A stretch of DNA of 64,000 bases from Myxococcota bacterium (lineage in GTDB: Bacteria > Myxococcota_A > UBA796 > SXON01), in the NCBI GenBank assembly GCA_040386535.1, contig JAZKFH010000057.1, forward strand, positions 1 through 64,000, read 5' to 3'. Positions 46,581 to 57,894 of the stretch are shown here, piece by piece (within the stretch, counting starts at the first letter, position 1; each line of letters starts with the position of its first letter). The position numbers and the translations under genes were made by a program. Under the pieces are notes generated by a model that saw only the letters and a list, made by a program, of their open reading frames with translations, was not told the origin of the DNA and did not search any database.

Positions 46581-47855
46581 CTACTCGACCTCGGCCGCCG
46601 CCTCCGCCGCCGCATCGGCGATGTCCTCCCGCACCGTCTCCGGCCGCGCGAGCACGAACGCGAGCACGTGGCCCGAATCGCACGCGAACTCCGCGCGCGG
46701 ATCCGCGAGGCACTCGTCCTGCACGAGGCTCGTGGCGTCCGACACCATCGCGGCGAAGGCGCCGTCCTCCCACACGACCAGCAGGTCCTCCATCTGTGTC
46801 GTGAGCGCGGAGACGCAGGCGGGATCGGCCGCGCACCGCTCCAGGAGGTACCCGACCGACTTGTCGAAGGGCGCGACCGATTCGTGCCACTGCATCGACT
46901 GGTCGTGGCCCCACGGCATCAGGTACCAACGGCCGGCCCCGACGGCGTTGTAGGCCATGTAGTTGTTGCGGAGGCGGCTGTAGCCGTCGACGTTGCCACT
47001 CACCAGATCGATGGCGATCATGCGCAGGAGCGAGTCGCGGTCGAACGTGGCGTCCAGCGCGTCGAGGAAGCCGGTGGCCGGCGCCGCCGCGAGGGTGGCG
47101 GTGAGCGCTTCGAGGTCCGCATAGGGCACCGCGAGCGGATCGGCCTCCTCGAGCTCGTACTTGTGCTCCTCTCCGACGTGGAAGTCGGCGAGGTTGGCCT
47201 CGTACAGGTTGCCGTCGTCGTCATCGGGGAACACCTGGTCGAGCAGCTGCTCGTCCATCGTCTCGACCACGCCGTAGAGGCCGAAGTACTCCTCGTCGAC
47301 CCACACCCGCGCGAAGGTGTGGCGCGGCGCGGGCACGCCTCGCGCGCGGTACAACCAATACGCCGCGTGCTCGTGCAGCATCGACGAGTCCTGGAGCATG
47401 CTGTTGAGCGTGAGGCGCTTGCGCCCACGGAACCGGCCCTCGGGATCGATGTGGTGGAAGTCGACCTTGAAGGCGGCCTTGCCCGAGAGCGTGCGGAACG
47501 TGGTCGTGCCCTTGAGGCGTACGCCCACCGGCCAGGTGTGGCCCCCGGTGCGGAAGGTGGCCTCCACGTCCGCGCGCGGATTCGCGTTCAGCCCAGCGCG
47601 GCCCGCCTCCCCCAGGGTGAGGTGGATGTCGTGGAGGGTGCCCTCCGCGTAGAACGCGTCGGCCTCCGGGTCGTCCGGCACGTCGATCCACGGCGCGTCG
47701 TCCACGGTGCCGGTCGGATCCCCTTCGAGCCAGCGGACCGGGCGCTCGGGCGCATCGCGGGCCGGCTCCACCCCGCCGTCGGCGCCTCCGGGACCGGCGC
47801 CGCCCGGTTCCTCGTGCAGGTCCACCTCGGGCCCGACACAGGCGATGACCAACAA
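46581..47855 (-). CDS. CotH-family kinase lipoprotein (2)
   Basis: VGVRLKG, KAAFKVDF, LTLNSMLQD, PAPR, DGY..NNY, MPWGHD. Confidence 0.9.
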   Translation of the reverse strand: MLVIACVGPEVDLHEEPGGAGPGGADGGVEPARDAPERPVRWLEGDPTGTVDDAPWIDVPDDPEADAFYAEGTLHDIHLTLGEAGRAGLNANPRADVEATFRTGGHTWPVGVRLKGTTTFRTLSGKAAFKVDFHHIDPEGRFRGRKRLTLNSMLQDSSMLHEHAAYWLYRARGVPAPRHTFARVWVDEEYFGLYGVVETMDEQLLDQVFPDDDDGNLYEANLADFHVGEEHKYELEEADPLAVPYADLEALTATLAAAPATGFLDALDATFDRDSLLRMIAIDLVSGNVDGYSRLRNNYMAYNAVGAGRWYLMPWGHDQSMQWHESVAPFDKSVGYLLERCAADPACVSALTTQMEDLLVVWEDGAFAAMVSDATSLVQDECLADPRAEFACDSGHVLAFVLARPETVREDIADAAAEAAAEVE

Positions 47856-48061
47856 GATTGGTAGCAGGCGGCCCTCCTCCCGCCTGGTGGGGCGGGCTCC
47901 CCGAGAAGTAGGGTCCGCGGTGCCGCCCGACTGTCACGGTTTGTGGGGCCCCCGCTCCCCGGCGCGGCGGTCGGCGCCTCCCGGATCCAAACGTCCCGCG
48001 ATCGTCCTCGCGCCGGGCACCGCCGCGCGCGCGGTCGCCCAACCCCCCGTACCCCAACCCC

Positions 48062-48769
48062 TCAGTACCCTCTGCGGTACCCCCCGCGCCTTGCGTTCCC
48101 GCGTACCCGCCACACGTCCCGTAGCATCGCGAGCGCATCGTGTACGGGCCGCACCCGCGAGTCGGCCTCGTAGCGCCACACCACGGGCACCTCGCGCACG
48201 CTGTGGCCGCGTACGTGCGCGAGGTACAGCAGCTCCACGTCGTACGCGAAGCCGTCGATCGTGACCGACGCGAACAGGGCCTTGGCAACCTCGGCGCGGA
48301 GCACCTTGCAGCCGCACTGGGTGTCCTCGTGGCCCGCGAGGACGAGCAGCTGCACCGCGTGGTTGAAGCCGCGGCCGAGCCAGTGGCGCAGCACCGGCTC
48401 GCCCACGCGCCGTGCGTCGCGGCCCTCGCGGGTGGCGAGCACCACGTCCGCGTCGACCGCGAGCAGCTCGGGCACGGTTTGCGGGCCCACGCTCCAGTCC
48501 ACGTCGGTGAGGAGCAGCCGGTCGCCCCGGGCGGCCGCCACCCCGACGCGCAGGGCGGCGCCCTTGCCGCGGTGAGGCGCCGCGATCACGACGTCGTCGG
48601 CCTCGGCGCTCGCGCGCAACGCCGCGAGGGTGCTGTCGGTCGAGCCGTCGTCCACCCACACCGCCTCGACGCGGCCGTACCGCGCGCGCAACCACGCCAC
48701 GCCGGCGCGCGCGGCTTCGATGCGGCGGGCCTCGTTGTAGAGCGGCAGGACGACGGAGAGCGCGAACAC
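48062..48769 (-). CDS. GT2 glycosyltransferase (polyprenol-phosphate glucosyltransferase-like)
   Basis: LPLYNE, DDGSTD, GKGAA, TDVD, DTQCG, GFAYDVE. Confidence 0.92.
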   Translation of the reverse strand: MFALSVVLPLYNEARRIEAARAGVAWLRARYGRVEAVWVDDGSTDSTLAALRASAEADDVVIAAPHRGKGAALRVGVAAARGDRLLLTDVDWSVGPQTVPELLAVDADVVLATREGRDARRVGEPVLRHWLGRGFNHAVQLLVLAGHEDTQCGCKVLRAEVAKALFASVTIDGFAYDVELLYLAHVRGHSVREVPVVWRYEADSRVRPVHDALAMLRDVWRVRGNARRGGYRRGY

Positions 48770-48818
48770 GGCGGGAGTGTATCGCTCGGCCCCCCGCCCC
48801 CTCTACACTCGTCCTCCC

Positions 48819-49376
48819 ATGCTCCCCGTCCTGCTCTGGCTGTCCGCCTGCGCCCCGCGCGTCGGGGTTCCGCCCGCCCCCGCGGCCGCCGAAGCCACGA
48901 TCGCCCCGCCGTTCACCGTCGCCCAGCTCCGCGCGGCGCATCCCGTCGGAACGCACCTCCGTTTCAGGATCGAGCGGTACAACCAGCCGCCGCTCGAAGA
49001 GTGGTGGACATGGACCGCGGTGGACGAGGCCGGCTGCACGATCACCTCGACCGTGCACGACGCGACCGGCGCGGCGTTGACCGCCGAGCAGGCCACCGCG
49101 TTCCAGCGGAGGACGGGCACGTGGCGCGCGGAGTGGACCGAGCTCTCGGGCCGGTTCCCCGCGGCGCGCAACCGGATCGTGGCGTCCTGGGCCGACGTGC
49201 CCGGGGGCCGCTTCGACACCTGGCTGGTGACGGTGCGGTCTGCCACGGACGGCCGGAGGACCGTGTCGGAGCATCACTACGCCCAGGCGATGCCGGGGCC
49301 GCCGCTGCTCGTGACGACCGAGGTGGAGGGCATCGTCGTGTCCCGCACCACGATGGTGAAACGCTCCGGCCCGTGA
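48819..49376 (+). CDS. Lipoprotein, unknown function
   Basis: LSAC lipobox, PPFTVAQLR, VPGGRFDT, MPGPP. Confidence 0.75.
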   Translation: MLPVLLWLSACAPRVGVPPAPAAAEATIAPPFTVAQLRAAHPVGTHLRFRIERYNQPPLEEWWTWTAVDEAGCTITSTVHDATGAALTAEQATAFQRRTGTWRAEWTELSGRFPAARNRIVASWADVPGGRFDTWLVTVRSATDGRRTVSEHHYAQAMPGPPLLVTTEVEGIVVSRTTMVKRSGP

Positions 49377-49407
49377 GCACGCGCCGGAGTCGCTATACTC
49401 CCGCCCG

Positions 49408-50868
49408 ATGCGCGTTCTCCTCGTCAACCCCACGATCGATCGCGACCTCGAGCTGTACCACCTCGGCACGGCGGGCATCGCGAGCTTCCTCAACGCCGTG
49501 GGCCGCCATCGCGCCGAGGTCATCGACTTCACGTTCTACTGGGACCGCTGGGAGGACTACCTCCGCGAGCGCCTCGATCGGCTCCGGCCGCACGTCGTCG
49601 GCATCTCCACGGTCACGCCGCGCATGCCGTCGATCCTCCGCATCGCGCGGGCGGTCAAGAAGTGGGACCCGACGGTGAAGGTCGTGCTCGGCGGGCACCA
49701 CGCCTCGCTCGACACCGAGGGCACCGCGCGCCAGGACTGTGTCGACTACGCCATGATCGGCGAGGGCGAGTACAGCTTCCAGGCCCTGTGTGACACGATC
49801 GAGGACGGCGGCGACGTGCGAGCCGTGCCGTCGTTGGGGTTCATGGAGGGCGGCGAGTACGTCGAGACCGGCATCGCCCAGCTCCCGAAGGGCAAGCTCC
49901 TGGACGACGTGCCGCACATGGATTGGGAGCTCTGGGAGCAGCACGAGCGGATGATCTTCCACGCCGGCTACGTGCCGATCATCGGCGTGCGCGGGTGTCC
50001 GTACAAGTGTTCGTTCTGCTCCTCGCCGGTGCTCGCCGAGCGCCTCGCGGACGCCGGGCCGTTCGTACGCAAGCGCAGCGCCGAGCGCGTGGCGGAGGAG
50101 GCCCAGTACCAGTGGGACCGCCACGCCCGCCACGGCCTGCGGTACCTGTCGTTCTACGACCAGAACTTCCTCATGCACCGCGGCTGGCTCGAATCGTTCG
50201 CGGCCGCGTACCGGGAGCGCGGGCTGCACACGAAGCTGCCGTTTTCGGTGTACTCGCGGGTCGACCACATCACCGAGGAGAAGCTGGAGTTGGCGAAGTC
50301 GGCGGGGTGCGCGCAGCTGCGGCTCGGCATCGAGGCGGGTGATCCCACCGTGCGCAACACCCTGCTCAACAAGGAGCTCGACCAGGACACGCTGGTGGAG
50401 AAGCTCGCGATGATCAAGAAGTCGGGCATCAAGACCCTCGGCTACTTCCTCATCGGCACCCCCGGCGAGTCCGCGGCGCAGGCCGACATCTCCTATCGCC
50501 TCGCCCGTGACAGCGGCCTGGATCGCGCCGCGTTCTTCTTCTTCACGCCGCTGTGGAACCTCCAGATCATGGAGGACGCGGGGCTCTCCGTGAACTACCT
50601 GGAGCGGGACAAGAGCGCGACCTTCTACCAGGGCGGCGAGCTCACGGAAGAGGCGAGCGGGCTCGGCAAGGCCAAGCTCAAGTCCTTGTTCTTCCGCGCA
50701 AACGGTTATTTCCTGGCACGCACGATCAAACGCCAGGTCCAGGCGAAGGGGCCGGGTTGGTTGGCCGAGTTCCCCCGGTACTGGCGCGAGGCCAAACGTG
50801 ACAACCTCGACGCCAAGCTGGCGTTGAGCCAATACGTCTACTACCACAAGGACGCGTGGCTTCTATGA
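49408..50868 (+). CDS. B12-binding radical SAM enzyme
   Basis: N-terminal B12-binding domain (VLGGHHAS, GEGE), RGCPYKCSFC, GIEAG. Confidence 0.93.
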   Translation: MRVLLVNPTIDRDLELYHLGTAGIASFLNAVGRHRAEVIDFTFYWDRWEDYLRERLDRLRPHVVGISTVTPRMPSILRIARAVKKWDPTVKVVLGGHHASLDTEGTARQDCVDYAMIGEGEYSFQALCDTIEDGGDVRAVPSLGFMEGGEYVETGIAQLPKGKLLDDVPHMDWELWEQHERMIFHAGYVPIIGVRGCPYKCSFCSSPVLAERLADAGPFVRKRSAERVAEEAQYQWDRHARHGLRYLSFYDQNFLMHRGWLESFAAAYRERGLHTKLPFSVYSRVDHITEEKLELAKSAGCAQLRLGIEAGDPTVRNTLLNKELDQDTLVEKLAMIKKSGIKTLGYFLIGTPGESAAQADISYRLARDSGLDRAAFFFFTPLWNLQIMEDAGLSVNYLERDKSATFYQGGELTEEASGLGKAKLKSLFFRANGYFLARTIKRQVQAKGPGWLAEFPRYWREAKRDNLDAKLALSQYVYYHKDAWLL

Positions 50869-50898
50869 GCAGGCTCCGATGAGCAGGCTCCCATGAGC
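50865..50898 (+). repeat. 14-bp tandem repeat at a gene junction generating ATGA-coupled mini-ORFs
   Basis: ATGAGCAGGCTCCG ATGAGCAGGCTCCC ATGAGC. Confidence 0.85.
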
Positions 50899-52029
50899 GA
50901 TCTGGTCGGGCGCTACCTCGTCCCGTTCTCCGTGGTGCCGCTCTCCCCCGCCAACGTCGTGAAGGTCGGGCGCACCCTGCTCTCGTCCTACCAATCCGCC
51001 GACGTCGCCGCGCTCCCCTCCGCCGTCGGCATCGACGTGTCCGATGCGTGCAACATCGCGTGCGCGGTGTGCTCGCGCGAGGTGGACTGGGACAAGCGTC
51101 ACACCGCCATCCTCAAGCTCGACGACTTCGTGCGCCTGTACGATCCCATCCGGCCCGCGTATCTCTCGCTCTCCGGGTACGGCGAAACCCTGCTCAACAA
51201 GCAGCTCCCACAGATGGTCGCCCACGCCACGGCCGCCGGATCCCGCGTCAACATCGTCACCAACGGCACTCTGCTCGACGCCGGGCGCGCCCACGCGCTG
51301 CTCGAGGCCGGGCTCGCCAAGATGAAGGTGTCCATCGACGCCGCCGAGCCCGACGTGTACGCCAAGGTGCGCGCCGGCGGCGATCTGGAGAAGGTGCTGC
51401 GCAACATCACCCAGCTCCTCGCGATGCGCGACGCCAACCGCAAGCCCGGCCCCATGGTCGAGATCCAATTCGTCCTGTTCCGTGACAACGTCGACCAGGT
51501 GTGCAAGCTCATCGAGTTGTGTCATGCGCGGCTCCCCAACGTGGAGCCGAACCTGCTCGTGATGTTCACCTACGGCGAGCAGCCGGGGTTCGTCGCGAAG
51601 ACCATCCCATTCGGTGACCCCGACGCCCTCGCGGAATTGCGCCGCGCGCGGGTCCTGGCGGAGGGCTACGGCTTTCGCCGCACGGTGGGATCCCTCGACG
51701 CCGCGATCGTCCAACTGACACGCGATCTGCAGAGCGCCCCCTGCTACGTGCCCTGGTACTCCTGCCTCGTCTCGACCGACGGCGAGGTGTACCCTTGTTG
51801 TTACCACTCGATCCGTGGCACCAGCGTCGGTAACGCGCTCCAGACGCCGTTCGCGGAGATCTGGAACGGCCCGCGCATGCGCGCCTTCCGCGCTCAGCTC
51901 CGCGAGAAGCGCTGCGCCGACAAGGTGTGCGCCACCTGCCGCTACGAGGATGCCCCGATGGACCGCGTGTTCGGCGCGGTGGCGAAGGTGCCGGGGTTGG
52001 CCCAGCTGAGCGCGCGGTTCGGGGAGTAG
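50893..52029 (+). CDS. Radical SAM enzyme with SPASM/twitch domain
   Basis: CNIACAVC, SGYGE, VTNG, CYVPW..DGEVYPCC, C..VCATC. Confidence 0.93.
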   Translation: MSDLVGRYLVPFSVVPLSPANVVKVGRTLLSSYQSADVAALPSAVGIDVSDACNIACAVCSREVDWDKRHTAILKLDDFVRLYDPIRPAYLSLSGYGETLLNKQLPQMVAHATAAGSRVNIVTNGTLLDAGRAHALLEAGLAKMKVSIDAAEPDVYAKVRAGGDLEKVLRNITQLLAMRDANRKPGPMVEIQFVLFRDNVDQVCKLIELCHARLPNVEPNLLVMFTYGEQPGFVAKTIPFGDPDALAELRRARVLAEGYGFRRTVGSLDAAIVQLTRDLQSAPCYVPWYSCLVSTDGEVYPCCYHSIRGTSVGNALQTPFAEIWNGPRMRAFRAQLREKRCADKVCATCRYEDAPMDRVFGAVAKVPGLAQLSARFGE

Positions 52030-52041
52030 GGGACCGACCCC

Positions 52042-52099
52042 TGCGGAATCCGCTCCCCCGGCATGCGGAATCCGCACGTCCGGGCGTGCGGCCGCCGCA
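52042..52099 (+). promoter_or_regulatory. Three TGCGG-N3-CCGC(A/T) palindromes, probable enhancer (UAS) for a sigma54 activator
   Basis: Copies at 52042, 52064 and 52087 (22-23 bp spacing) upstream of a -24/-12 promoter. Confidence 0.75.
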
Positions 52100-52140
52100 C
52101 GATGCGCCAAAAGGGTCGGTAGATCGCCGGTCGGCCCCCC

Positions 52141-52156
52141 TGGCACGCCTCCTGCA
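52141..52156 (+). promoter_or_regulatory. Sigma54 (-24/-12) promoter
   Basis: TGGCAC-gcctc-CTGCA matches TGGCAC-N5-TTGC(A/T) with one mismatch; 30 nt before the ATG. Confidence 0.8.
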
Positions 52157-52186
52157 ATGTCAGGGAGCGACCCCCCCGGAGCGTCG

Positions 52187-53566
52187 ATGTCCCCCCTCTC
52201 CCTCCTGTCCTTCCTCGCCTGCACGGGCCCCGGCGCGACCGACGACACCGCCGCGTGCGCCGTCCCGGACGCCGTGGGGTGGTCCGAGGCCTCCCATGCC
52301 AAGGGCGACGCCGACTACGACCAGGTGTTCGCGCTCGACCGCGTGCAGCGCCTCGACCTGACGATCTGCGCCTCCGACTACGCCGCCATGCTGGACGATC
52401 TCGACACCCTGCTGGGCGACATGGGGGGCCCGGGCGACGGGGGGCCGCCCGACGGCGGCGGCGGACCGCCCGAGGGTGGGGGGCCCAGCATGGACTTCGA
52501 CGAGCCGATGTGGGTCTCCGCGACCGTCGCGTACGACGGGCGCACGTGGCCCGCCGTCGGGATGCGCTTCAAGGGCAACTCCTCGCTCCTCTCGTCGTAC
52601 CAGGAAGGGATCGCCAAGCTCCCCCTCCGCCTCGACTTCGACCAGTACGAGGACAGCGTCCCCGCCACCGAAGACCAGCGCTTCTACGGGTTCCAGAAGC
52701 TCTCGCTCGGGCCCGGCTACGCCGACGACTCGTTCCTGCGCGAGGTGCTCGCGGGCGAGCTGTTCGAGGCGGCGGGGATCCCCGTGGCGCGCAGCGCCTT
52801 CGTGGAAGTGTGGATCGACGCGGGGGAGGGCCCTACCTACTGGGGGCTCTACACGGTGGTCGAAGACCCCGAGAACGCCGCCTTCCTCGACCGCACCTTC
52901 GGTGACGACGACGGCAACCTCTACCAGCCCGAGGACGGCTGCGCCGACTGGACCTGCTTCGCGGAGGCGGACTTCTCCAAGGAGACCAACGCGGACGCGG
53001 CCGACTGGAGCGACGTGGAGGCCGCCATCGAGGCGCTTGCCGCCGACCAGGGCGATGCCGAGGCGTGGCGCGCCGCGCTCGAAGCCCGCTTCGACGTGGA
53101 GGGTTTCCTGCGGTGGCTCGCGCTCTCCACCGCGGTGGGGAACTGGGACAGCTACGGCAACATGCCGCACAACTACTTCCTCTACGGAGACCCTGCGGCG
53201 GACGGCCAGCTCGCCTGGATCACGTGGGACCACAACATGTCACTGGCGGACGGCATGCAGCCGCTAATCTCGCTCGATCTCGGCGACGTGGGCGACGAGT
53301 GGCCCCTCATCCGCACGTTGCTGGACGATCCGACCTACGCCGCCCGGTACGACGTGTTGCTCGCGGAGCATCAGGGCGTCGTCAACGTCGAGGCGTTCGC
53401 CGCCCGCGCCCAAACGCTCCACGCGCTGGTCGCACCCTACGTCGCGGCCGAGGCCGCCCCCTACACCCACCTCACCGATCCCGACGCCTTCGACACCTCC
53501 GTCGACGACCTCGTCGACTGGATGGAGACCCGCGACGCGCTCGTCTCCGATCACCTGGCCCGCTGA
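52187..53566 (+). CDS. CotH-family kinase lipoprotein (3)
   Basis: FLAC lipobox, VGMRFKGNSS, KLPLRLDFD, NWDSYGNMPHNY, WDHN. Confidence 0.92.
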   Translation: MSPLSLLSFLACTGPGATDDTAACAVPDAVGWSEASHAKGDADYDQVFALDRVQRLDLTICASDYAAMLDDLDTLLGDMGGPGDGGPPDGGGGPPEGGGPSMDFDEPMWVSATVAYDGRTWPAVGMRFKGNSSLLSSYQEGIAKLPLRLDFDQYEDSVPATEDQRFYGFQKLSLGPGYADDSFLREVLAGELFEAAGIPVARSAFVEVWIDAGEGPTYWGLYTVVEDPENAAFLDRTFGDDDGNLYQPEDGCADWTCFAEADFSKETNADAADWSDVEAAIEALAADQGDAEAWRAALEARFDVEGFLRWLALSTAVGNWDSYGNMPHNYFLYGDPAADGQLAWITWDHNMSLADGMQPLISLDLGDVGDEWPLIRTLLDDPTYAARYDVLLAEHQGVVNVEAFAARAQTLHALVAPYVAAEAAPYTHLTDPDAFDTSVDDLVDWMETRDALVSDHLAR

Positions 53567-53591
53567 CATCCACACCCGCCGAGGAGTCCCC

Positions 53592-54011
53592 ATGCGACTG
53601 GTCCTGCTCTTCCTGCTCGCCCTCCCCACCCTCGCGTCCGCTGGCGACGGGGGGCCCCCCGGAGGGCGCCACCGCGGCCCGCCGCCGCACGTGATCCTCC
53701 TCGACAACGCCGACGAGCTCGGCCTCGACGACGCCACCACCACGCGCATCGAGGCGATCGCGGCCGCCGCGCGCCCCGAGCTCCACGCCCTGCACACCGC
53801 GGCCCGGTCGCTCCGCCCCGAAGACGAAGGCTTCGCCGAGGCCCGCGCGCAGCTGGTCGAGGCCGAGGGCGCGCTGATGGACGACATCCGTGCCGAGCTC
53901 ACCGAAGCGCAGTGGGCGGCGGCCGAGGCGCTCCTGCCGCCGCCGCGGTCCGACGCGAAGCCCGCGCCGGGCGCGTGTGATGCGGACGCGAGGAAGCCGA
54001 GCCCCCGGTGA
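53592..54011 (+). CDS. Spy/CpxP/ZraP-like periplasmic protein
   Basis: Signal peptide, ADELGLDD..IEAI, LTEAQW. Confidence 0.75.
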   Translation: MRLVLLFLLALPTLASAGDGGPPGGRHRGPPPHVILLDNADELGLDDATTTRIEAIAAAARPELHALHTAARSLRPEDEGFAEARAQLVEAEGALMDDIRAELTEAQWAAAEALLPPPRSDAKPAPGACDADARKPSPR

Positions 54012-54024
54012 TAGGAGCTCCGTC

Positions 54025-55262
54025 GTGACCCCCGCGCCCGCCCGCCCCGGCCCGTCCCGCGGTTTCGCCCGTGCGGTGTCTCGCCATGGCCTCGTCGGCG
54101 TGGCCGTGCTGGCGGCGGCGCTCCTGCTCCTGACCAACGGCTGGCTCTACGCGGGCGTGGTTGCGCGCTCGCAAGAGCTGGCGTTGGCGCAGGGGCAGGT
54201 GTTCGCGCTCGCGCTCCAGGCGGAGAGCCGCGGGCCACCCGACGAGGCCTCGCTCCAGGCGCTCGTCGCGGCGAAGGGCGCGGACGGGCTCCGCTGGGCC
54301 GGGCTGGTGGAGCGGGCCGGCCCGCTCGTGGCCGAGGCCGGGACGGCGCACCCCGGAGGCCCCATGCCCGACGAGGACACGCTGCTGGTCGAGGTGGGGG
54401 ACCGCGTGCGCTTCCTCGCGCGCCCGCCGCCGCCTCCGCCGGGGCGCCCCCCGCGGCCAGCCCTCGTGCTCGAATACGTGCCCCTCGGCGCGGCCGATCT
54501 GCACACCCGGTCGGCGCGTGCGCTCGGAGTCGCGGGGATCGGCGCCGTGCTGCTGGTCGGGGCGGCCGCCCTGTTCTCCCGGCAGCAGCGCCGCGCGGAG
54601 GCGGCCGAGCGGGAGATCGCGCACCACCGGCACCTCGCGGGCCTCGGCGAGATGAGCGCCGTGCTCGCCCACGAGATCCGCAACCCGCTGGCCGCGCTCA
54701 AGGGCCACGCCCAGCTCCTCACCGAGCTGCTGCCGGCAGGAGACCGCTCGCTCGCCCGCGCCGAACGGGTGGTGAACGAGGCCATCCGCCTGGAGCAGCT
54801 CACGGACGACCTGCTCGCCTTCGCCCGCACCGGCGCGCTCGTACGTGCCGACGTCGACCCCGGCGAGCCGCTCCGCGGGGCCGTGGCCGACCTCGCCGCC
54901 GACCGAATCGTGCTCGACATGGCGGGCGCCCCGGCGTCGTGGTCACTCGACGCGCCGCGGATGCGCCAGGTGCTGGCGAACCTGCTGCAGAACGCGCTCC
55001 AGGCGGCGCCGGAGGGCCGGGTCGAGGCCAGCGTCCGCCAGGAGGCCGACCGGCTGGTGTACGTGGTCCGCGATCAGGGTCCCGGCGTGCCGCCGGGCGA
55101 GGAGGGCGCCATCTTCGAGCCGTTCCACACGCACCGCACCCGCGGCACCGGCCTCGGGCTCGCCGTCGCGCGCCGCATCGTCGAGCTCCACCGCGGGCGG
55201 ATCGACGCGTCCACCCACCCCGACGGCGGCGCGCTGTTCCGCGTCTCCCTCCCGGCGGCGTC

Positions 55263-55266
<4 letters not shown>
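54025..55266 (+). CDS. Sensor histidine kinase (ZraS/HydH-like)
   Basis: Two TMs, LAHEIRNPL, NLLQNA, DQGPG, GTGLGL. Confidence 0.93.
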
Positions 55267-56580
<1,314 letters not shown>

Positions 56581-56603
<23 letters not shown>

Positions 56604-56982
56604 TCCCGTAGGCCTCCCGCTTCGCCGCCGCGATCGCCGCGTCCACCTCGGCCTCGGCCACCCCCGACTCCGCCGCCTTGCGCACCAGCGCGGCGATGCC
56701 CGCGGTGATCTCCTCCACCAGCTTCTGCCGCGACGCCTCGATCCCGTGCGCCGCCACGAACGTCCCGCGCCCCTGGTGGGACACCACGAGGCCCATCGCC
56801 TCGAGCTCCTCGTAGGCCTTCTTGATCGTGATGACGGACACGAGCGTGTCCGCCGCGAGCTCGCGGATCGACGGCAGCGGCGAGCCCGGCAACAGCCGCC
56901 CCGATCGCACCATGTCGGCGATGGCGTCGCGCACCTGCCGGTAGTACGGCACGCCCGACGCCTCGGAGAGCGTGAGCTTCAT
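56581..56982 (-). CDS. GntR family regulator (YtrA subfamily)
   Basis: PYYRQV, LPSIRELA, TIKKAYEELE, GRGTFV; short C-terminus. Confidence 0.93.
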
Positions 56983-57830
56983 TCGTTCGCCTCCGCGCCG
57001 GCGAGCGCGAGCACGCCGAGGTCCACCGTCGTGTCGCCGACCTCGACCGTGATGTCGGCGGTCTGGGCGGGGACACACGTGCCCTTGATCACCCAGGTGC
57101 CCGCGGGCAGGTGGTCCACCCGGAACGGCTCGCCGCGCGGCGTGCGCACGTAGCGGGTGTCGTCGGGCCAGGCGCCCAGGAACGAGCCGAGGAACGGCCG
57201 GCGCGCCGACACGAGGCAGCTCCGCGCGTCGCTCGCGATGCTGCCCGTGACCGCTCCGCCGAGGCCGGTGAAGTCGAACCGCGCGATGTCCTCGGAGGCC
57301 GACAGCTTCACCTCCTGGCCGGCCACCTCCACCACGAGGTCCGCCCCCGCGGGGCACTCGATCGAGCGGTGGCCCCCTTCGACCGATGCCGGGGCCTGCC
57401 GGGTGGGCGCCTTCCCCCCGTCGGGCACCCAGCACCGGACCCCCGCGATCTCCTGGCAGCTCTCCTCCGCGAAGCCGAGGCAGCGCAGATCGACCACGCG
57501 GGTGCTCCGGACCGCGAAGTGTTTGGTCAGGTGCTGACCGGCGTGCACGGTGAGGCGCGCGGCGGGCTCGTCATGCCCACCCACCGTGACCGACACGCTG
57601 TACGTCTGGAGCCCGTCCGCAGGGAGGTGGAGCGTGTAGCCCCCGTCGGGGCCGGTCACCGTGGTCACGGGCGTGGTCGCCTCGCCGGACGAGCGCGTCG
57701 GCGGGGCCTGCGCCCAGATCGCGGCGCCGACGACGGGCGCGCCGTCGGGGGTGCGGACGAAGCCGACTAGCTCGGCCTCTCCGGTTTCGGGGGCGCAGGC
57801 GAGCAGGAGGAGGGAGAGGAGGTGGAGCAT
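56979..57830 (-). CDS. Lipoprotein with carboxypeptidase-regulatory-like (beta-sandwich) domains
   Basis: LLAC lipobox, GFVRTPDGAPVVGA, TGPDGGYTL, HLPAGTW. Confidence 0.8.
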   Translation of the reverse strand: MLHLLSLLLLACAPETGEAELVGFVRTPDGAPVVGAAIWAQAPPTRSSGEATTPVTTVTGPDGGYTLHLPADGLQTYSVSVTVGGHDEPAARLTVHAGQHLTKHFAVRSTRVVDLRCLGFAEESCQEIAGVRCWVPDGGKAPTRQAPASVEGGHRSIECPAGADLVVEVAGQEVKLSASEDIARFDFTGLGGAVTGSIASDARSCLVSARRPFLGSFLGAWPDDTRYVRTPRGEPFRVDHLPAGTWVIKGTCVPAQTADITVEVGDTTVDLGVLALAGAEANE

Positions 57831-57836
57831 GCTGAA

Positions 57837-57876
57837 GGGATAGCTTGACATGCTGTATATGTCAATATACACAGCA
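57837..57876. promoter_or_regulatory. Overlapping divergent sigma70 promoters with a TGTATAT-N4-ATATACA operator (YtrA-type)
   Basis: TTGACA on + (57845-57850) and on - (57865-57860); palindrome 57854-57871; AT-rich island. Confidence 0.8.
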
Positions 57877-57894
57877 GACACTTCGGAGCCACCC

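Noticed and set aside
47941..48060. Further family B copy downstream of the GT2 gene
   Set aside because: Only short word matches (GGAGGCGCCGA); not distinguishable from chance by eye.
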